64,000 nucleotides of DNA from an uncultured Mycoplasmatota bacterium (GTDB lineage Bacteria; Bacillota_I; Bacilli_A; RF39; UBA660). A program made the position numbers and the translations under genes. Below the pieces are notes generated by a model. It saw only the letters and a program-made list of their open reading frames with translations, had not been told where the DNA came from and ran no database searches. The stretch is taken from assembly GCA_947574215.1 (NCBI GenBank), contig CANPIX010000003.1, positions 15,770 to 79,769 on the forward strand. The letters run 5' to 3'. This document shows, piece by piece, positions 57,047-64,000 of the stretch. Positions within the stretch are counted from its first letter, which is position 1; every line of letters starts with the position of its first letter.

Positions 57047-60000
57047 TTATTCACTTCGTAAAGCGAGAACTGGATCTTCTTTCGCTGCTTTCTTAGATGG
57101 TATAATTCCTCCAATAAGAGTTAAAATTGTACTTAATACAATTAGAACAATTCCTGCAACAATTGGTAGCGATGCACTTACATTTGCTCCATCTGAAACC
57201 ATTTTAATAATTTGATTGATTGGAATTAAGAAAAGTAAAGTGATTCCAATACCAATTAAACCTGCTAATAGGCCAATGATAAAAGTTTCAGCATTAAAAA
57301 CTTGCGATACATTCTTTTTTGAAGCGCCTATGGCTCTTAAAATTCCAATTTCTTTTTTTCGTTCCAATACGCTAATGTAAGTAATAATACCTATCATAAT
57401 AGATGAAACTATTAAAGAAATTCCTACAAATGCTATTAAAACATAACTAACAACATCAACAATTGTTGTAACAGAACTCATAAGCGTTCCTACCATATCG
57501 GTATAGGAAATTACTTTATCTTCTTCATTATTTGCTTTCATTCTATCGTTGTATTCTTTTAATAATGTCGTAATTTTTTCGTTTCCTTCAAAATCTTTTG
57601 GATAAATGTTGATTCCTGCTGGATCGTTTAACTCTGCGTAATTTAACTTTTTCAAGTTGTTTTCATAAGACGTTTTTTCTTTAGACATCATTGTGGCAAA
57701 TACTTCCGCTAATTCTTCTTCACTCATATTCATTTTAAATGCTCGTGCAAAGGCTTTTTCATCGACAGTAAACGCTCCAATTAAAGAACTACTAAGTGAA
57801 GAAGTAGAATTCATTAATTCTTTTTCCAAATTTTTACTAACACTTTTTAATACTTTTTGCATATAATTGTTTAAAACTTTTGTAATTTGTTTTTGAAAAT
57901 TTTGATCAGTCATAATTTTCGTTAAGGCATTCCCAATAATCACTTTTACTTCTTCTGATTGTAAATATTCCATTAACGATTTTTCAATATCAATTTTGTC
58001 TGTATATCCATGTTTTTTAGCGTATTCTTCATAACCTTTTGAAAGACTTATTATCATTTTTTTCATTTGCTCTTGAGTCATGGTAATACTTCCATTTTGA
58101 CGAATAGCTTCTTCAATTTCTTTTTTAATAATTTCTTGTGCTTCTTTTGAATTTAAGTATTCTTCAAAATGTTCACTTACTTTATTAAAATCTGTATTTT
58201 GATTTTTCTCTAAAAAGTCCCCATATCCATCCAAAATAACTTTTAAGAGTTGTTTCATATCTGAATCCGAAATATTAAATTCTATTTCTTTTAAAAGTTC
58301 CTCTAAATCCAAAGCAGGCAACGAATTCGCATTTAATATCGCATTTAAATCATCAAAATCCACTTTTATTTTGGAAGCGTCTATTTTAAATGCTGATTGT
58401 AACGCTTTTTGATCAATTTTAATTAAAGAATTCATTTTCATAGAACTATTTTTTGTATCATCAAATTTTTTACCTGTAAAAACATTGATTTCAGGATTTT
58501 TTAATTGCTCTTTAACGATTTTACTTTTGCTTTCTTTCTCCATAATATGGTGAGTTAAAGAAGGTGTAAATCCTATTCCTTGGTTTAGCATTGTGGCGTT
58601 GACATTTTCTTTTGGTTTTACAATTCCTACAATTTTTAACTCTTCTCCGTTTTTTACTAATTTCTTCATGTATTTTTCATTTCCAGATTTATCACGCCAA
58701 ATTTTATTTGATTTATCGTATTCATAGCAATCACTATTCATAACCAATTTAAAAATTGTTCCAATAATATCTTCATAAGAATAAGTTTCATCATAATTTG
58801 CAATATCGACTTCTTCTTCGTTTAAGAATTGATCAATCATATCATCCAACTCTTGGTATTTTTTAAGTCCCAGAGTGTAAAGCATAAAATCACTAATGTC
58901 ACCGTTTGAGTTTAATACCAAAACAAGTTCATTAGCATTTCTAGGCCATGTTCCTGCTTTTACTTCATATTGACTTTCATATAAAGTAGGATCACTTGGC
59001 ATTTCAAAAAAAACATCAGTACTCATCATGCTAGACATAAAACTATTGGTACTAACACTACTTCCCATCCCCATACTAGTAAAAGATATATCGGGATTGA
59101 CTTGTCTTAAATTGTCATAATCGGTATTGTAAATTTTTGGTGTGACACTATATATATATTCTACAGTTTTAGAAAAATCTTTAATATGACTTTCTTCACT
59201 TTCCAAATAATTTTTTAAAGAAATCAAATCATTGGTTCCGATTGTAGAAAACATATTGGATAGCATGCTAGAAACATGAATATCTCCTTCTCGATCAGAT
59301 TTTTTTTCTTCTATATTTCCTATCAACATGGAACTCATGTCAATTCCTGTACTTCTGATTTGTAAAGGATATGTAGACAGTGTTTCTTCTTCAATACTTT
59401 TTATGTAAGTATTTACGCCATTTGACAAGGATAAGATAAGAGCGATACCAATAATCCCAATAGAACCAGCAAAAGCCGTCAAAATTGTTCTACCTTTTTT
59501 GGTTTTTAAATTATTAAAACTTAAAGACAAAGAAGTCAAAAAAGACATAGAGGTTTTCCCCATATTTTTGTGTTTAAATTCTTTATTCTTTACATTTACT
59601 TTATAAGGATTTGAATCCGATTTTATTACTCCATCTTTTAGGTTGACAATACGAGTGGCATAACTTTCGGCTAGTTCAGGATTATGGGTAACCATTACCA
59701 CCAAACGATTTTTCGCTACTTCTTTTAAAAGTTCCATAACTTGGACACTTGTTGTAGTATCTAATGCACCTGTTGGCTCATCCGCTAAAACGATATCTGG
59801 ATCGTTTACTAAAGCTCTAGCAATCGCAACCCTCTGCATTTGTCCGCCAGACAATTGGTTTGGCTTTTTGTGTGCTTGAGATTTCAATCCTACCTGATCA
59901 AGCGCATCAAGGGCCTTTTTCTTTCTTTTGGCTTTAGATACTCCCGAAATGGTTAAAGCCAGTTCCACGTTGGAAAGAATCGTTTGATGAGAAATTAAAT

Positions 60001-60277
60001 TATAACTTTGGAATACAAAACCAATTGTATGATTTCGATAAGAATCCCAATCTCGATCCTTATAATTTTTAGTAGAAATTTCGTTTATAATTAAATCTCC
60101 TGCATCGTAATGGTCAAGTCCTCCAATAATGTTTAAAAGTGTCGTTTTTCCGCTACCACTTGGACCTAAAATCGCTACAAATTCATTATCTCTAAAGTTT
60201 AAAGAAACGTTATCTAACGCTTTCTGAATTAAAGTTCCTGTTTTGTATTTTTTATAAACATTCTTTATTTGTAACAT
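57047..60277 (-). CDS. Fused ABC transporter ATP-binding/FtsX-family permease protein (MacB-like)
   Basis: N-terminal ATPase with Walker [10 protein letters not shown], signature LSGGQMQRV and Walker [11 protein letters not shown]. Followed by a large extracytoplasmic domain and C-terminal FtsX-type TM helices. Confidence 0.8.
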   Translation of the reverse strand: MLQIKNVYKKYKTGTLIQKALDNVSLNFRDNEFVAILGPSGSGKTTLLNIIGGLDHYDAGDLIINEISTKNYKDRDWDSYRNHTIGFVFQSYNLISHQTILSNVELALTISGVSKAKRKKKALDALDQVGLKSQAHKKPNQLSGGQMQRVAIARALVNDPDIVLADEPTGALDTTTSVQVMELLKEVAKNRLVVMVTHNPELAESYATRIVNLKDGVIKSDSNPYKVNVKNKEFKHKNMGKTSMSFLTSLSLSFNNLKTKKGRTILTAFAGSIGIIGIALILSLSNGVNTYIKSIEEETLSTYPLQIRSTGIDMSSMLIGNIEEKKSDREGDIHVSSMLSNMFSTIGTNDLISLKNYLESEESHIKDFSKTVEYIYSVTPKIYNTDYDNLRQVNPDISFTSMGMGSSVSTNSFMSSMMSTDVFFEMPSDPTLYESQYEVKAGTWPRNANELVLVLNSNGDISDFMLYTLGLKKYQELDDMIDQFLNEEEVDIANYDETYSYEDIIGTIFKLVMNSDCYEYDKSNKIWRDKSGNEKYMKKLVKNGEELKIVGIVKPKENVNATMLNQGIGFTPSLTHHIMEKESKSKIVKEQLKNPEINVFTGKKFDDTKNSSMKMNSLIKIDQKALQSAFKIDASKIKVDFDDLNAILNANSLPALDLEELLKEIEFNISDSDMKQLLKVILDGYGDFLEKNQNTDFNKVSEHFEEYLNSKEAQEIIKKEIEEAIRQNGSITMTQEQMKKMIISLSKGYEEYAKKHGYTDKIDIEKSLMEYLQSEEVKVIIGNALTKIMTDQNFQKQITKVLNNYMQKVLKSVSKNLEKELMNSTSSLSSSLIGAFTVDEKAFARAFKMNMSEEELAEVFATMMSKEKTSYENNLKKLNYAELNDPAGINIYPKDFEGNEKITTLLKEYNDRMKANNEEDKVISYTDMVGTLMSSVTTIVDVVSYVLIAFVGISLIVSSIMIGIITYISVLERKKEIGILRAIGASKKNVSQVFNAETFIIGLLAGLIGIGITLLFLIPINQIIKMVSDGANVSASLPIVAGIVLIVLSTILTLIGGIIPSKKAAKEDPVLALRSE

Positions 60278-60469
60278 AAAAGCAAACCTCCCTTTTTAAA
60301 AAATCTTTACTAGAATACCACATTATAACAAATTAATCAATGAAATACTCGTGATAAATATGTGAAAATTTTATGCTATTTTAATCTATTTTAGAACTTA
60401 GTGTCGCTTTTTTGCAAAATTGCTTAAAAAAAATCGCATTTTCTGCGATAATATTTATTTACAACAATT

Positions 60470-62881
60470 TTATATTTCCTTAATGTATTCTAAAAGTTTT
60501 AAAAACATTCGAATAAATATTGGTTCTAATCCCTCTTTTTTTAGTTTACGAATTAAAATTCTTTTCTTTTTTATATCAGAGTCACTAAAGAAAATATTAG
60601 CAATTTCATCTTTTAATCTTGTTTCAATTTGTAAATCACTAATAATTGAATCTACGTCTTCATTTACAATACGAACGGCATCAATTTCAATGTCTTTTCC
60701 TTTACAATTTATAGTAAGTTGACTAGTTGTAGGCACCTCTTTTATTTCGACAATAAAATCATTGTCCTCAACATAATTATTAGTTATAATTACATCTTTT
60801 CCGATATAACTAATTACCTCATCCGCTTCCCTTGTATTCCTAAATCTTATTTTGTAATCTCTTTTTTCTGGAATAATTCCCGTTTTCCCTTCAATTGGTC
60901 GAATAATTAATGTATAGTTATTTTGCAAATAATTGTAATCAATATATGTCATAATATAGTATCCTTGTTCAAATAAAGAGGAGTACCCATCGTCTTCATA
61001 CAATTTGTACGTATTACTTTTTCCAGGAAAAACATGAATTTCCATACTTTTAGGAGGATTGGTAACATTCCTATTTTCTTCTAGATTTGCTAAAGGAATG
61101 ATACTCCCAGCTCGTGCAAATACTGGATAATCTTCATCTTTATAAAAAGTAACGTATCGTTTATTTCCTGGAAATTTTTTTCCAGTATGAAAATCATACC
61201 AGGTTCCATTTGGTAAGAATATTTTTTCAATTGCTCGATTCATGACATTATCTTTTTTAACGGTAATAGGAGCAACAAATAATTCTCCTCCAAAATAATA
61301 TTCATTTTTATATAAAGGTTCATCATATATTTCAGGGTTCTGATAATAAAGAGGTTGAATCAGTGGTAACCCTGTTTTATGGTATTTGTATCCTTCTGCA
61401 TACAAATAAGGAATCAAGCGATGCCTTAAATTACAATAATCACGAACAATATTTAACGTTTTTATGTCCCACTTCCAAGGCTCACGTTTGTAATAATGAC
61501 CATGTTTTGCACTAAAGCGAAAAATTGGTGAAAAAGTAGCTAATTCTACAGAACGAAGATATAGCTCACTATCTTCAATACCGTCTTGATATCCTCCTAC
61601 ATCATGACTCCACCAAGAAACACCAATATTACTAGCGGTTGAATTGAAAAAGGGTAAAAATCTTAAGGTATCCCAACTTACCGTTGTTTTTCCTGAATAA
61701 TGAACAGGCGTTCTATGCGGAGCGATTAATGAATTTCGTGATAAAAGCATTCCTCTTCTATTTGCGTATTTTTTGTAATCGTTGAAATGATAATAGTTAA
61801 GAGCTTTTAGTGTATTTAAGTCTTTTTTGTTATAGTAATCAATAAAATAAAAGTCGATCCCAATTTCATTTAAAGGATTAATTAATTCATGAAAATATTC
61901 CATAAGAATTCCTGTATTAAAAACATTAAAAGGAAAACTTTTATCTTCTGTAATTCCTAAGTGATTTTTAATATTATAAAAACCAGGTTCTTCTTTACTA
62001 ATTCCTTCACTTGGATCTATTGAAAGACCAACACGTACGCCTCGATCATGCATATATTTTACAAATTCTGTTGGATTTGCAAATAAGGTTTTATTAAATG
62101 TATAGCCTGTTTTTGGCAAATCGGTTTTCACATGCCAATTGTTACCTAATAATAATACAGAATAAGGTATGCGATTTCGCGCAAATTGCATAAGTAATTT
62201 CTTTAGATCTTCAAAACTATAAATTTCATCTTTATTCCACCATATTCCAAGAGCGTAACGTGGAATTAGACTCGGTTTTCCTGTTAAAAGAAAATAATCT
62301 CTTAAACATAAACCAAAATCTCTTCGATATATAAAAAGATATGTGTCTATTCTTTTTGCAGTTGGTGGTGTAAGTTCACCATTTTCATTAAGTAAAAGAG
62401 AGTTGGAATCATCTAAAGAAGCAAATCCATCCGTGGAATAAAGCCCTTTATGCAATCCCGCTTTGGCACTATTTTCATCTAAACTGATTGTCGTTCCTCT
62501 AAAATTTCTAGCTTCTGGATGATTAAAATACCATATTTTATCTGTATTTTGTAACGCTACTTTTAAATTAGCATCTGGAGCCATTTTGCTACCTATAAAT
62601 GTTTTTTCTTTGGCATAAGTTAATTTAAAATACTTCGTAGAAATCTCTAAATACTTATTGTCTTCTTTCACGTTATAATCTGGGGAAATAAAATTACGAT
62701 TTATTACTCTTTCTGTAAGCCCATCATAAAAAAGACCTTCTTCGCTGTATTCCAATCGAATTAATCTTTCGCTAAGAATAGTAATTCGATAATTTCGACC
62801 TCTAAAAATTGCGTTTTCCTTTGCTATTGCGTTTTTATAATCCACTTTAAAATGCTCATCTATATTTGCCACTAGAAACAC
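60470..62881 (-). CDS. Glycoside hydrolase family 31 (alpha-glucosidase/alpha-xylosidase-like)
   Basis: Catalytic-region motif VSWWSHDVGGY (WxHDxGG(F/Y)). About 800 aa, as for GH31 enzymes. Confidence 0.7.
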   Translation of the reverse strand: MFLVANIDEHFKVDYKNAIAKENAIFRGRNYRITILSERLIRLEYSEEGLFYDGLTERVINRNFISPDYNVKEDNKYLEISTKYFKLTYAKEKTFIGSKMAPDANLKVALQNTDKIWYFNHPEARNFRGTTISLDENSAKAGLHKGLYSTDGFASLDDSNSLLLNENGELTPPTAKRIDTYLFIYRRDFGLCLRDYFLLTGKPSLIPRYALGIWWNKDEIYSFEDLKKLLMQFARNRIPYSVLLLGNNWHVKTDLPKTGYTFNKTLFANPTEFVKYMHDRGVRVGLSIDPSEGISKEEPGFYNIKNHLGITEDKSFPFNVFNTGILMEYFHELINPLNEIGIDFYFIDYYNKKDLNTLKALNYYHFNDYKKYANRRGMLLSRNSLIAPHRTPVHYSGKTTVSWDTLRFLPFFNSTASNIGVSWWSHDVGGYQDGIEDSELYLRSVELATFSPIFRFSAKHGHYYKREPWKWDIKTLNIVRDYCNLRHRLIPYLYAEGYKYHKTGLPLIQPLYYQNPEIYDEPLYKNEYYFGGELFVAPITVKKDNVMNRAIEKIFLPNGTWYDFHTGKKFPGNKRYVTFYKDEDYPVFARAGSIIPLANLEENRNVTNPPKSMEIHVFPGKSNTYKLYEDDGYSSLFEQGYYIMTYIDYNYLQNNYTLIIRPIEGKTGIIPEKRDYKIRFRNTREADEVISYIGKDVIITNNYVEDNDFIVEIKEVPTTSQLTINCKGKDIEIDAVRIVNEDVDSIISDLQIETRLKDEIANIFFSDSDIKKKRILIRKLKKEGLEPIFIRMFLKLLEYIKEI

Positions 62882-62970
62882 ACCCTCTATTCTTTTTTAT
62901 TTTAACATAGAAAACGATACAAAACAACTTAGGATTTGCTATAATAGATTGTAGTAAAGGAAAATTTTTT

Positions 62971-63885
62971 ATGTTTCAATATACACTCGACAATAAGAGA
63001 TATCACACTTTAAACTATTATCATCACACTTTATTTCACCAAAAAGTATTCAAAGTAAATTTAAATGCTAATTTTTCTTGTCCCAATTTTAAAGAGGGCA
63101 TGGGATGTATATTTTGTTTGCGTGGTAGCAACAATTACGATATTACAAAAAATTCTGACTTAGTTCGTCAATTTTATGAAGTAAAAGAAGTTTTAGATCG
63201 CAAATGGCCTAATAGCAAATATATTGGTTATTTTCAAGCAAATACCAATACTTTTGCTCCAGTTTCTGTTTTAAAAGAAAAGTTTGAGACCATTTTAAAT
63301 TTAGACAATGTAATTGGTTTGTCTATTGCTACTCGATGTGACGCCATAACAAAAGAATGTTACGATTATTTAGAAGAATTAAATAAAAAAACTTTTCTCA
63401 CCGTTGAACTAGGTCTTCAATCTAGTAATGAAGAAACGTTAAAATTTATAAAAAGAGGACATGATGTAAAAAATTTTATTTCTGCAGTTAAAGAATTACA
63501 AAAACGAAATATCAAAGTGGTAGTTCATATAATTAATGGTCTTCCTCATGAAACCAAAGAAGATATGTTAAATACAGTTAAATTTTTAAATGATTTAAAA
63601 ATAGATGGAATTAAAATCCATATGTTACATATCTTAAAAGGGACAGAACTTGAAAAAATGTATTTAGAAAATCCATTTCCTGTTCTTTCAAAAAAGGAAT
63701 ATATAGATATTGTAATTGAACAATTAGAATGGTTAAATCCCAACATTGTAATTCATCGAATTACTGGTGATCCAAATGTAAACGATTTAATCGCCCCTAA
63801 TTGGCTTACTAAAAAATTTTGTGTCTTAAACGATATTGATAAAGAAATGGTGCGTCAAAACACTTACCAAGGTGCTAAATTATAA
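62971..63885 (+). CDS. TIGR01212-family radical SAM protein (YhcC-like)
   Basis: Cys cluster CPNFKEGMGCIFC near the N-terminus and a TIM-barrel-like length. No further motif check possible. Confidence 0.5.
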   Translation: MFQYTLDNKRYHTLNYYHHTLFHQKVFKVNLNANFSCPNFKEGMGCIFCLRGSNNYDITKNSDLVRQFYEVKEVLDRKWPNSKYIGYFQANTNTFAPVSVLKEKFETILNLDNVIGLSIATRCDAITKECYDYLEELNKKTFLTVELGLQSSNEETLKFIKRGHDVKNFISAVKELQKRNIKVVVHIINGLPHETKEDMLNTVKFLNDLKIDGIKIHMLHILKGTELEKMYLENPFPVLSKKEYIDIVIEQLEWLNPNIVIHRITGDPNVNDLIAPNWLTKKFCVLNDIDKEMVRQNTYQGAKL

Positions 63886-63892
63886 AAAGATA

Positions 63893-64000
63893 TTTAAAAA
63901 GATAAAACGATTCGAAAACTTACAGATGTAGTCGCATTACCATAACCGCGATGAGAACTAAATAAGCCTCCTCCTAAACCAACAACATGCTCGCCCCCAC
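63893..64000 (-). CDS. Partial CDS (C-terminal end only; gene start lies beyond the window)
   Basis: The reverse frame ...GGEHVVGLGGGLFSSHRGYGNATTSVSFRIVLSF* is open to the window edge. Confidence 0.25.

Noticed and set aside
1-64000. CRISPR arrays, rRNA/tRNA genes, insertion sequences, prophage
   Set aside because: No repeat-spacer periodicity, no tRNA-like cloverleaf candidates in intergenic regions, and no transposase, integrase or phage structural motifs seen in any frame.

Overview
Very AT-rich window from a low-GC, spore-forming Firmicute (Clostridia-like). Chromosomal housekeeping and sporulation genes flank a 24.3 kb gene cluster that has no integrase or relaxase in the window. All domain calls are by eye from the six-frame translation; no searches were run.

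The flanking genes include dacB-spmA-spmB, trpS, uppP, rmuC, T-box-regulated tyrS and leuS, trmB, a SEDS protein, a CotZ-like coat protein, a Cse60-like protein, a hybrid histidine kinase, a MacB-like ABC transporter, a GH31 hydrolase and a radical-SAM protein.

The main feature is the cluster at 12598..36915, with 27 co-directional, tightly packed minus-strand genes. It joins two halves:
- A complete Tad/Flp-type (type IVc) pilus assembly set: CpaB/RcpC-like protein, TadA/CpaF ATPase, TadB- and TadC-like platform proteins, three tandem Cys-rich pilin paralogs, two TadE/F-like pseudopilins, a TadZ-like protein with a degenerate P-loop, and a 935-aa Cys-rich secreted candidate adhesin.
- A Gram-positive MPF-FATA-type type IV secretion module: VirB6-like, VirB3-like and VirB4-like proteins, a multi-domain cell-wall hydrolase, a VirB8-like candidate and a TraG/VirD4 coupling protein.
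Between the two halves sit three paralogs that share a C-terminal two-TM hairpin plus a CxxC motif, which may be VirB2/TrbC-like.

Second notable item: the leuS gene carries a complete Nudix box (GX5EX7REUXEEXGU) inserted between the CP1 editing domain and the KMSKS half of the catalytic core.
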